A stretch of DNA of 63,051 bases, counting the filler, from Phoronis australis (Eukaryota; Animalia; Phoronida): NCBI GenBank assembly GCA_002633005.1. It is 11 parts of 11 records of this genome, joined end to end, with 100 filler letters (N's around TTAATTAATTAA, not from the genome) between each part and the next. Parts side by side here need not be neighbours in the genome. Positions count along the whole stretch, not along the records: positions 11,383 to 23,889 come from NMRA01001634.1; positions 23,990 to 26,769 come from NMRA01003427.1; 9 more parts are not named here. The stretch is one strand, 5' to 3'. Below are positions 13,101-24,228 of the stretch, one piece after another. A model generated the notes under the pieces. The model was not told the DNA's origin, did no database searches, and saw only the letters and a program-made list of their open reading frames with translations. The stretch's first letter is position 1. Each line of letters begins with the position of its first letter. Position numbers and translations under genes: made by a program.

Positions 13101-13728
13101 CTCTACATCTCTATTCTTGAAAGCAACCAAGCGTTTTAGTCAATTAGAAGAAAGTTAACTTGATTGAGAGCACTGGGAGGAAAATAAAGCTGGTATCTCG
13201 AAGTTGAAGTGATTCCGTTTAAAAGTAGTTTATTTGTTGGGGAGGTATGCATTTTATAGGGTACTGCTCATGAAAAATCACACCTTTTGACCCCGGCTCA
13301 TGCCCTCTACAGAGGCACGGATTATATTGTAACTATGAATTGTACAACTGATGTTTTCAGGCACGTTTCTTTGCCGAAGGGTTCCTTGTCAAAACGCAAT
13401 AGTCGTAGTCCTTACCCTGCTGTGCGCAGTAAAATGAAAATACCAGTTACGCAATACTTTGCTTCGTGCCTCTTTTGAGAGGGCATTCATTATCAGAAGG
13501 AATTGTACGTGTGTCAATCAAAGGACGACTACATGAGGTTGACCGACTACATACTGACGTCTTTTTGTAATGTGTAATAAACAAGGCGACACAATTGCAA
13601 GAGAATCCTTGCTTAACTCCGTTTATTAACCTCACTCCATTACAGGATTCTTGAATTTTTGCTTATACTTCACTACACGATTACTTAATATAGCAGAAAA
13701 GTTGGTACAGTATTTTTAAATACTTAAA

Positions 13729-15005
13729 AGAGGTTTCGCGAACATGAATTATCACTCATACTTACTTAATTGCGCGTGTCGATTCACGGTGGGTGTTTAC
13801 GAGAACGCTAAAATAAATGGTAAACTGAACACCTGAGCTCAGGGTGTCCAGTTATCGTGGTACATGTCCACTAGTTTCCAAAAAAAATAAAGATAACTCT
13901 GCCAGTGCAAGTTTCATATTTTTATTCTCGTGACATCTAACTCAAATCAGTCAATTCAATTTGGTCAATCCTTGAGTTAATTTTGTGATGAGATTGAACA
14001 TGTTTTATTCTACAGCAAGCATCTTTTTCTTTCTTCTCCACATCAAGCCTCCATTCCCTTTCTTTTTCTCCATTTCGAATTTCCTGATCTTGAAGTAATT
14101 CTCTTTCCTCGAATTCAAGACAAAGGAATTCTCCTACTTTTGGGAAATGTAATGTTGTTGGCGCCATGGCGGCGAACTGTCACACTTGTATGTATAGAAA
14201 TAAAAACATCTAGATATTATTTGGTCTATCCCCACCGTCTCTCGAAGAATATTTAGCCAATTTTCATGCTTAGAAGCCATGAAAGACGAACACAAAAAGT
14301 AAATGAAACACTGAAACAAAAGAATGAGTTTTCCAAAACAGTTGTGTGATTGTTAAATATTTTTGCTGGAATCTACATTTTTGCTGTTAGGTTAATAAAT
14401 GGCGAAGTGGTTAAATCATCTTTGATTATTGTATTGCTTACATGGACAATTGGTACGTCTTACAGAGTTCTGAATGAAAATGGTTAATTTTTTATATTTG
14501 TATTTTACTACATTACGTTCTGCTTCAGATATGCAAGATCGAAACATATACTGAGTGTAAAAAAATTCCGGCAAAAAATTTCAACTCTTAGAATGCGAAA
14601 TTTATTTGCAGTTTAAATTATGTAGATGCATGTAAATTAAGCACGTAAAAATTTAGCAACACGAAACCATATGTCAAAAATCCATTCTAGATCCGTGATG
14701 TCCAGCGAACGCCGGCAGAATAAGGATTTTGCAAAAAGTGCTTTCTTGCAACTAAATTTTATTCATATACAATGGAATAGTGTTCATTTTATACCAAAGC
14801 AAATTACGTAGAACGATTGAGAATCATATCCAAATAAAAATCTTTTCGATGTCTTACCAAATAAGAATTGAAAAGAGGCAATTTGTGTCGGGTTTAAAGC
14901 GACGCCAATCTCACTGTACTCGCGTAAACCATATCAGGATTACGTCACAGCCACAAATGGCATAAATGCGTGATAGTTCACGTTCACGTCGCTTTACAAA
15001 CCTCT
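13729..15005. mobile_element. Non-autonomous DNA transposon (Harbinger-like), copy A
   Basis: Left end AGAGGTTTCGCGAACATGAA, right end TTCACGTTCACGTCGCTTTACAAACCTCT. Internal 14470-15005 is homologous to 15470-16044. It carries a charged coiled-coil ORF remnant on the minus strand. Confidence 0.65.
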
Positions 15006-15167
15006 CTATTGAGCAATAGTTGTCCGCAAGGAAAAAAGGAGTCCCATGGTTACGCGCAAGCCCAAGGAAAATGTCCAAATTTGGCTACTTAGGAACATTA
15101 TATATCAAGAATGTCTAGTCGGAAACCATGCTTTGTGCATGGTTACTTTGTATACCGTAGAAAATAT

Positions 15168-16044
15168 AGAGGTTTCGCAAAGCGACGTGAACGTGAATCA
15201 TCACGCATATATATTTTCCGCGTAATACATGCCATTGTTTGCTGTGACGTAATGCCGTTAGTGTTTGCGTATTTTACGCGATTACAGGGAGATTCACTCC
15301 ATTTCTTTCTTCTCCATTTCAGGCTTCTCTTCCCTTTCTTTATTTTCCATTTCCAACTTTTACTTTCCAATGTTATTTCTTGCTCTCATAATTTCAGCTC
15401 TGCATCGTGTTTTTCTTTGAGAAACTTGATGGACAATCGGTACATGTACATTTACATGTAAGAGACTCTTGAATGAAATATGTTTTAATTAATTGTATTT
15501 TATTTTACTGTATTCCATTCTGCTACAGGTATGCAGGATAGGGATATATGTTGAACGTGAAAAAGTGGTTTCTACAAACTCCTGTGAAAAATAGTCAACT
15601 CTTGTAATGCATAATTTATTTGCAATGTAAAATAAATAGATGCATGTAAATTAACCATGTACAAATTAACAACGAACACAAAATCATATCTGTTAAAAAT
15701 CCATTCTAAATCGATGATATCCAGCGAATACCGACAGAATAAGGATTTTGGAAAAATGCCTTCCTTCAGCTTGACTTTAAGAACATTTATGGACCAAAAA
15801 CTCGTGTTCATTTTATATTGAAGCACGGAAGAAATATTGAGAGCCCTATCAAAATAAAATTCGTTTTGATGCCTTACCAGATTAGACTTGAAAAGGGCAA
15901 CAAGTTATGCGTTTAAAGTGACGTGAATCCCCATGTATTCGGGTAAAATACGGAAACACTAACGAGATTACATCACAGCCAACAACGTGACGCGGAAACT
16001 ACGTATGCGTAATAATTCACGTTCACGTCCCTTTGCGAAATCTC
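15168..16044. mobile_element. Non-autonomous DNA transposon (Harbinger-like), copy B
   Basis: TIRs AGAGGTTTCGCAAAGCGACGTGAACGTGAA / TTCACGTTCACGTCCCTTTGCGAAATCTC; same family as copy A. Confidence 0.7.
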
Positions 16045-17055
16045 ATTTTTAGCATAGTTACCACCATGCAAATACATCGTTAACGCATGCCCACACTGAA
16101 AAGACCTGGCCGCGTCTGTCGCAATATTCAAATCCAGTTTTGAAATTCAGTTACTCCCTACCGCTTTGAAAAGCAAAGGTCAGCGGTGCAATGAATGTTT
16201 CTCCTAAAAATCCATATTGTTTGCAAGATGAAAACCACTTTCTTGAAACGGTCAGTGAGTACCAAGGCCTTCGATCATAATCCAATCCCGATACATTTTT
16301 CTGTTCAGTGCGAACTCGGTGTATGCGGCTAGTCGGTGTGTGCTCCAGTGCTTTACACATTAGGCATAAAAGTTTTTTGTCTAAATTTGTACTTGATGTT
16401 CCCAGATTTGTGCTACTGAAACTCGAGTAAAAAGTCGAGATTTCGAGGAAAGACTCAAAATGTCAAGGTCAGACTCGAGCTTTAAGCCTTAATGCTGGGG
16501 TCATCAAGTGCAAACTAGGATAAAGAGGTTGTCAACATAAACCACTGTAGTCGAACATAGAACAATGGACACTGAGGTTGAGTTTACTCAAAAATAGAAA
16601 AAGAAAATGACGAAAATAATTCGAGTTCGAGTTCGAGTAAAAAGATTAGAGCACGGATCCTAGTTTGTCGCGCACCTTACAATTTACTATCATGTATTTG
16701 TTATACGTCGGCCTAAAGGCCATGTTCATATACTCCAATAAAGAAATTTCGTAAATCTTACATTTTTCAAACATTCATACCTTGGTATAGAAATTAAACC
16801 AGAACGGCCCAATATGTTTGCGGTGCATTCGAACTGTCTCCCGTCTATCATCTCCCAGAAATACACCCCGCCCCAGTACCTCATCCCCACCACGTACTTT
16901 TTTGAAAATAAACACTATTACTAGTTCCCGCCTTCCTAAAACAGCATGTTACCTTCACTCGTCGAAAGTGTACACACAGACCTTGTGTTCGGGGTTAACA
17001 AGGGATTTCACTAGATTACGTCGGAACTAACGATTTGCATACTTCTTCAGGCATA

Positions 17056-17310
17056 AATAGGTTTCCGCACAAATGGAAAAGTTCATGATAAACCAACGTT
17101 TCGTCTATTCGTTAGACGTCATCAGGATATTTACATAGGACAACACCTGAGATGTATGTTGGCACTTGTTTCCCTATGTAAGTATCCTGATGATGTCTAA
17201 CGAATAGACGAAACGTTGATTTATCATGAACTTTTTCGTGTGTGCGGCGATCGCACGGTTATTAATCTTACTTTGGCCAAGAACTGATTTAATTAAAGAA
17301 TAGGTTTCCG
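17056..17310. mobile_element. Short Penelope-like/retrozyme-like insertion (17068-17298) with inverted hammerhead pair and 12-bp TSD AATAGGTTTCCG
   Basis: Direct repeat AATAGGTTTCCG at 17056-17067 and 17299-17310. Inverted arms 17065-17139 and 17173-17247 each contain CTGATGA-N-GTCTA-acgaa-TAGAC-GAAAC-GTT. Confidence 0.8.
17184..17220 (+). ncRNA. Minimal type I hammerhead ribozyme motif (mirror copy on - strand about 17092-17128)
   Basis: atc-CUGAUGA-u-GUCUA(ACGAA)UAGAC-GAAAC-GUU-gau: intact core, 5-bp stem II, loopless palindromic stem III (AACGUU) and a short stem I. Confidence 0.75.
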
Positions 17311-17586
17311 TCACCAATACTCGTCGTCATATTCTGAACATTATTCCACTGTAGAAAGAAATATAGTTATTTAGTTTGTTAGTAATCAGTTACAGCGTAG
17401 ATAGAACAAGCTTCCAGCTGACGGGGGTGACACCAGGGGCCTGTCTGATGTGCAACTTAATCTAACTTATAGATAGAGTGAGACAGGCCTTGCTGGAAAG
17501 AAATTAAGTGATTGCCTTGTTAGCAAAGGCACATGACGCAACAATTACGTCCACCCCCGTTTGTACTCAACTTGTGTCTTCTTCAG

Positions 17587-17706
17587 CTTGAACGGCGTTC
17601 CCAACAGCGTCTGCACCTATTACGTTCAAGAATCGTACTCACAGTCATACAGGTCAAGTTATACCACATCATGCTTGGACTGGGACTTCAGGTGCACAAG
17701 ATACCG
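17587..17706 (+). CDS. Internal exon encoding the N-terminal half of an EMI domain (MEGF10/11/Draper/Nimrod-like extracellular protein)
   Basis: cttcAG...CG|GTAAGT, phase 2-2. Translation LNGVPNSVCTYYVQESYSQSYRSSYTTSCLDWDFRCTRYR fits the EMI pattern C...ESY...Y...Y.T.C.....C.RYR. Confidence 0.75.
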
Positions 17707-17780
17707 GTAAGTACATGTAAATTTGATGTAATGTGTGAGATTGTCACTTGGCTAGCCCTGTCTTTTGAGTCAGCTTATAT

Positions 17781-18200
17781 CATAGACAAGATTCGCAACT
17801 CCGACATTTTCTTCCGTACAATTCAAGAGGCGGCGCCACCCTCCTCAGTTATCTGGTTCATTTTCCGGTTTGTGTATTGTGAAGGGAAATTCTCGCATCT
17901 ATTTTACAGTCCAGTACAACGAAAGCAAAATACTACTTTCGGTATTGAAACGCTGTTCAATGTCTTAAAACAGTAGAATTGTTGGTATTATGAGCACCTT
18001 TAACAATGCTACTACCACCCGACCACACAACAGTCGACCAAGATTAGCTGACGACGGACTTTACGGAAATTACACCAGATAATTGGGCCAGGTGTCGTTA
18101 GTGAATAATGACGTACATGTAACGTTGTGCGGAAGAGCACAAATTTCGTCCACTGAAAGTATACGGAGTTGGCCGTCCAGTCGGAGACATGTGATAAACC
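17781..18200. mobile_element. MITE family starting ATAGAC; fuller copy at 39794-40157
   Basis: Extended similarity between the copies (GTGTATTGTGA.GGGAAATTCTC.CATCTATTTT; ACCACACAACAGTCGACCA.GATTAGC; ATTTCGTCCA.TGAAA.TATACGGAGTTG). Confidence 0.7.
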
Positions 18201-18618
18201 AATGTTGCAGTAATACGCAGACATTTTCAGCCACCCGACCGGAAGTGTGCAAGCATGATAATGAAGAATATGGCACTATAACTCATGCTATGCTAATTAG
18301 CGTATACGATCGCGTTGAGGAAGAAGATGCCGTTTCTTGTTAATAGATCATCGTCCTGACAGGTCAATCAAGCTAGAATGAATTCTGTCAATCACAGCTT
18401 ATGTGGCCATTTCATGAAAACTGATTCAAGACTTACGAATTATGCTCGAAAATTTGTTTAAATGAAGACCATGGAAGAAAATTCAGGAAAGAAGGTTTCT
18501 GGAATACATTGTCGGGCTTCGGTCTTCGGTCTTAACTTAGATATTAAGTCTAAGTTTGACTGAAATTTGTTCCTCTACAGTTAACGTTGATAATAACCCA
18601 ATTTTTTTCCAGATTAAG

Positions 18619-20990
18619 TTTTTTTTATTTTCTCTAGCATGGGTATTTACAATTTACACGAAACAATAAACAATAAAGTATACAAGTACATTAGTTGCAA
18701 CAAATTATCTTCAAGTATCACAATTTGGTATACAGAACAGAAATACAGATATGTAAGAAAAAAATCAAGCCATTCTCACCCTTAACATACACGCCACACG
18801 CACCCGCCCCCCCAACCTACTCTTAGTAGGATGTTGTCAGGAAAAAGTTATGGTTAACCAGTTTCTCCAGGTTGCATGGTATTCATCTAAATTACCATTA
18901 TTAAATAAAATCCTTCTTTGAATATAAAATTCTCTTTCTAATATCTTAAGGAACTGACAGAAACTGGGAATTATTTTTTTACACCTGGATAGGTAAATAA
19001 AATGTTTTAATTGCAAAATTATCCAATTTAAAACTTTATTTTCATTACTTATGGGCATCCCAAAAACATTGTTTTTTTGTCAATAACCATATTTATACCT
19101 TTTACCAACAAAACCCAAATGCGTAATTCTCCTATCAATGTTTTTATATTATTGCATTCGAAAAAGATGTGATCCACTGTTTCAATTTGTGAATGACAGA
19201 AAGTACATACATCAGAGTCCACCAGGTTAATTTTTCTAAGAAAAGAGTTGGTTACAAGTATTCTATGTAATGGTTTAAACTGCAGTGTACATAACTTGAA
19301 ATCATAAGTAGTTTTAAAAGACAGTGAATACAATTTTTCCAGTCATCACTTCGAAAGTTATAACCTTCTCTTTGAAATTATTTTTGGGCAATAGGCAAAA
19401 TGTTGTTGTGGCAGACACTTTCATATATCATTTTACATATTGATGTGCAGTTTAAAAAATTACGGATATTAAAAGGTATTATTGGTCCATATATCTTAAT
19501 TAACTGCATTTGTAATGGTGTTCTCCTCAGAAACGACCTAATAGACTCAATCAGAGAACAATATTCCAAAAAGTTTGTAGATATTTTCGAGATCTTTTTG
19601 GATTCAGTAAATGAGTAAAAACTGTTATTTTCATCAAGTAGGTCATTAATAAAAAGAACACCACCGCTAGCATACTTGCTAAAGAAGATAGATTTTCTGT
19701 CTATTAGTATTTCATCGTTATGCCATAAACTTGTTGAGAGTAAATCGTTCGCATCTTTATGGGGCTGTTTACTAATGAAAAAAGACCAGTTACTTAGAAC
19801 TTCGTTCCAAAAAGGATTGATTACTTCAGTATGGTATTTAATAAAAACANNNNNNNNNNNNNNNNNNNNNNNNNNNNNNNNNNNNNNNNNNNNNNNNNNN
19901 NNNNNNNNNNNNNNNNNNNNNNNNNNNNNNNNNNNNNNNNNNNNNNNNNNNNNNNNNNNNNNNNNNNNNNNNNNNNNNNNNNNNNNNNNNNNNNNNNNNN
20001 NNNNNNNNNNNNNNNNNNNNNNNNNNNNNNNNNNNNNNNNNNNNNNNNNNNNNNNNNNNNNNNNNNNNNNNNNNNNNNNNNNNNNNNNNNNNNNNNNNNN
20101 NNNNNNNNNNNNNNNNNNNNNNNNNNNNNNNNNNNNNNNNNNNNNNNNNNNNNNNNNNNNNNNNNNNNNNNNNNNNNNNNNNNNNNNNNNNNNNNNNNNN
20201 NNNNNNNNNNNNNNNNNNNNNNNNNNNNNNNNNNNNNNNNNNNNNNNNNNNNNNNNNNNNNNNNNNNNNNNNNNNNNNNNNNNNNNNNNNNNNNNNNNNN
20301 NNNNNNNNNNNNNNNNNNNNNNNNNNNNNNNNNNNNNNNNNNNNNNNNNNNNNNNNNNNNNNNNNNNNNNNNNNNNNNNNNNNNNNNNNNNNTTTTTATT
20401 CGTCTAGCAATGCATCCGGATGCCAACTTGTAAACACTGTTGAGCAAAGTTATTGGTCTCCAGTTTTTTATGAATTTTTTAGCCTTATCTGGCTTTGGAA
20501 TTAAAGTTAGGACCCCAGTTTTTTGTGTGTTTGACAATTCACTTTTTTCATAGCTTTCATTTATGTGTCTTAAAACAAAGTAGTCTAAATCTTTCCAGAA
20601 AAACTTGAAGAATTCATTTGTGAAGCCATCTGACCCGGGTTTTTTTCATTTTTTGAATATTTCAATACAGTCCAGAGTTCATTATATGTTATGTGTCCCT
20701 CAAGCTCCATAGCTAAATTATCTGGAAGCTTATTTGAAACAATAAGAATCTCTATTTTACTTTTTTCAATAGAACTGTTGTCAGAATAAAGTTTTTCGTA
20801 AAAATTCGCGGCCACGTCTAGTATCTTATCTTGATTTGTAATTATTTCTCCATTTTCCAATTCTATTTCATACATAAGTTTGTTATAAAAATGTCTCGAT
20901 TCTAAGCTACAAAAATATTTTGTTGGGCGTTCCCCTCCTCTATCCATTTTGCCCTGGATCTGACGTAATACCCTTTCAATTTCTCTGACC
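18619..20990 (-). mobile_element. 5'-truncated L1/Tx1-clade LINE (ORF2 fragments, 3' UTR, AATAAA/poly-A), split by an N gap
   Basis: GERPTKYFCSLE; TGVLTLIPKPDK...KNWRPITLLNSVYK; C-terminal CCHC (CTFC...ETVDHIFFEC); A-tail at 18619-18626; frameshifts present. Confidence 0.92.
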
Positions 20991-22108
20991 TTAACCCATA
21001 ATTTACCAAAAGTCCAATCTTGAGCCTACCCCGTAGCAAGAAAACTTTCGCTCTTGCCTTCACGTTAGATTTCGGTCTTAATTTTGGTCCACAGAAGTTT
21101 CAGCAAAGAGGACCAAGGCATTTTGATCTTAAAATAGCCCAATTTCGGCTTAAGTGAAACGGGCCTCTGGTCGTACTCGAAATATTTTTTGACTTTGTTC
21201 GGCCCTCCTGCTGTGCTACGAACTCAGGATAAATGTCCATAACTTTATGCCTGAGTACGTGATGGTTTACGGAGACGAGTTACTGGTCTAAGCTAGCATT
21301 TAAAGGCCCCTAGATTTGAGCTACAAACACCAATGAAATCGCGAGGTTTCGAATTCAAACTCCAACTTTAATGATGGACCCCATCATCAAAGTTGGAGTT
21401 CTGCAGTAACTAATCACATTTATTCTATCACGTGGCTTGACGACCTTAGAGTTCCCACAATGCATTTCGTTTAATTTTTAAGGTTTCAGTTAGATAATGT
21501 GAAATGAATACCATGAAATCTAACTGAATAAGCACTTCGTACCAAAAAGTCGCAAATTAATGTTCAAAATTTGAAGAAAATGTGTTATTTCCAAGTTTCC
21601 AGCCAAATGATGCAAAGGGTGGAAGACGTTTGGTCCCTTAACAATCAATTGCAATGGCGGAACACAGCAGATCTTTAGACGAGAACCGATTTTGAGCGAG
21701 AACTGGACAGTTATTATGTATACAGAGAGGAGAGTGGATATACTCAAGTATACTAGAAGAATCAGACAACGAATTCCATTTCTCACTTAGCGAACTTTCG
21801 GTGGCTTTGAGACCATACACTATATGAACTCGATAAACTTGCAGTAGAAATGTAGCAGACATATGAGCCCGACCAACTGAACCAATTGGTGGTCACTATT
21901 CACAAAATGTACACTTTTAAGTAAACAATAATCACTGACGAAGGCCACATTCAATCTGGGTCACTAGTATCCACTGTTGCCATGATTGAGTTAGCACAGT
22001 GTCGCAGCTCTATATCAGAGCCGGGGTCGATGGAATGGTATCACTCGTCCTAAAATGGAAACAGTTTGTTTGTTATTTATAAAATTTGGAAATGTACAAG
22101 CTTGCAAT

Positions 22109-22348
22109 TTAGGTGACGAGTCTTTCTTCGTGACGCCGCTTTGTGTTTGGTAGAAACCTGATTCCGTGACAGAAATATGCCAAACAAAGTGTGGCTCCCG
22201 ACGGATTCGTATGTTCCACACTATCATTCCGCACTATCGTACGGCGCACAAACCGTTGCCATTTCTGTGCCACTTTCACGTCTTCAGGTAATTCGAACAC
22301 ATAGACGTTCTCGGTCAAGTTGCATTTTCCACAAACGCACCCTTTCAT
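22109..22348 (-). pseudogene. Degenerate THAP zinc-finger ORF, probably a DNA-transposon remnant
   Basis: GCVCGKC...VFELPEDVKVAQKWQRFVR...TLCLAYF follows THAP spacing (C-C, P, W, LC..HF) but with His replaced by Tyr. Confidence 0.6.
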
Positions 22349-23211
22349 GTTTGAAAAAGGCGGCTGTCGGCGGAATTCCTTTACAGCCTTTCAGTAATGC
22401 ACCGGTAAAAACAACAACGGCTTAGACGGTCTTCCACCCATTACACACAACCTCGATAACAGAAAATTATTTTTTTCTTAATTTCGGCTTGTTTCTTAGC
22501 ATCAGTTGTACTAAGGGCTATTAAATCTCTTAAAGGCGAAGGCAACCTTTTTTCATGTCATTTTTAGCAAAAATAAAATTGGGTTCGAGCCAAGTGTGAA
22601 TAGACAACAAAGTCACCGCGCGAACAATATGCAAGGATATCACTAACATAGCAGACTACAGAGGGGATTGACCTGTCACAAGGTCCGCCCCCTTGCAAAG
22701 TCACGTAACACTCGACAAACAAACAATAAGTTTTACCCGACAATGTGTTGTTTGTCGGATAAAATGGCAGTTTGGAACCGAAGGGGTGCCAGTAATTCTG
22801 GGTTCTGATTGGTCAGTTAAGCCGTCACTCAAAGTCCTGGCGATAGGTCAATTGTGCCAATAAGATGAGAATCCGTTTTTTTCAATTTCTAACAATTGAA
22901 ATTCTCTAAACATTGGACCTAGTGGAGACAATGTTAAGACCGTCAAATTAAGTGATAGACTAAACGTCATTATTTACATCTACTATTGGAGCGTAAAGTC
23001 ATAGAACATGGTTATGAAAAACAAGCCCACTAATCGGGGAGGATAGCAAACAGTGCCAATATGTAATGCTGTTTATAAATTCGCATGTCATGAAGATGAA
23101 CTTTTTCGTCCGAGTTTTTGTGAACAGCGTTATGTTGGACACACAGTATGGCCCCTTTACCGACTGTCAGATGTTTGACTGTGGGTTGTTTAAAAGGTAG
23201 CTATGCTTTGN

Positions 23212-23889
23212 AAGGAGATTTTTCTTTTAGACCAAATTTTGATAAGATTATTGATTTCATCAATCCTCTCATTGTAGTTGATGTCAACCATTTTTTCTAG
23301 GTTAACACTAAACTTGATACCTAGCATCTTAAATTCCGCCATGCCCCATTCCAACTTCCATCTTGCGTGATGGAAAACATCCTTGCAAAATTTTTTACTG
23401 TCCAACCAAATAACATTAGTTTTGGAAAAATTTACTCTCAAACCAGACATATCTACTCAAAACTTTCATAATAGCTTCCAAACTACGCTTTGAACATCTA
23501 AGAAAACGTTGTGTCATCAGCATACTGAGTAAGTATAAACTCCTCATTTCCTATTTGAATGCCTTTAATTTCCCTATCTTGTTTCGTCATCATAGCTAAT
23601 ATTTCAGCATATAAAATAAAAACATACGGGGAAAGAGGATCACCTTGTCTACAGCCCCTGTGCAGAGTAAAACTTCTGGACAGGAAACCGTTTTGAACAA
23701 TGTATGACACGGGACAATTATAAAAGGTTTTAATCCAACGCTTAATTGAGGACTTGAAATTATAAATATCCAAAACATTATTTATGAAGTTCCATGACAA
23801 GCTATCAAAAGCGTTTTCAAAATCTATTTGTAATAACAGCCCTGGTATACCATTTTTTTCACAGAAACTCATAATATCATAGGTCAATC
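23212..23889 (-). mobile_element. L1/Tx1 LINE reverse-transcriptase fragment
   Basis: IDFENAFDSLSW...RGCRQGDPLSP...QYADDTT, then SGLRVNFSKT...LGI after a frameshift. Confidence 0.93.
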
Positions 23890-23989
23890 NNNNNNNNNNN
23901 NNNNNNNNNNNNNNNNNNNNNNNNNNNNNNNNNTTAATTAATTAANNNNNNNNNNNNNNNNNNNNNNNNNNNNNNNNNNNNNNNNNNNN

Positions 23990-24052
23990 CCCCCCCCCAA
24001 CTTACTCTCAGTAGGATGTTGTCAGGCAAAAGTTATGGTTAACCAGTTTCTG
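23990..24052 (-). mobile_element. Short fragment of the same Tx1 family (matches 18806-18866)
   Basis: CCCCCCCCAAC.TACTCT.AGTAGGATGTTGTCAGG.AAAGTTATGGTTAACCAGTTTCT is near-identical in both places. Confidence 0.85.
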
Positions 24053-24228
24053 GCGACTATTTTTGACAATTTTTATAACTGATATGCTTATTTTCAAACT
24101 TTGACATTGTCCGCTGTTTGAGAATGTCCCAACCTTCAGAATCCAGAAACTTCAATTTGAACTGGAATTTCGGTGTCCCGTAGAGACTGTCCCAAAGTGG
24201 GGAATTATGGTCATAATCTTCTTTGCAG

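Noticed and set aside
19676-20433. Long ORFs of 200-243 aa
   Set aside because: They consist mostly of X from the N gap; only the minus-strand LINE fragment is real.
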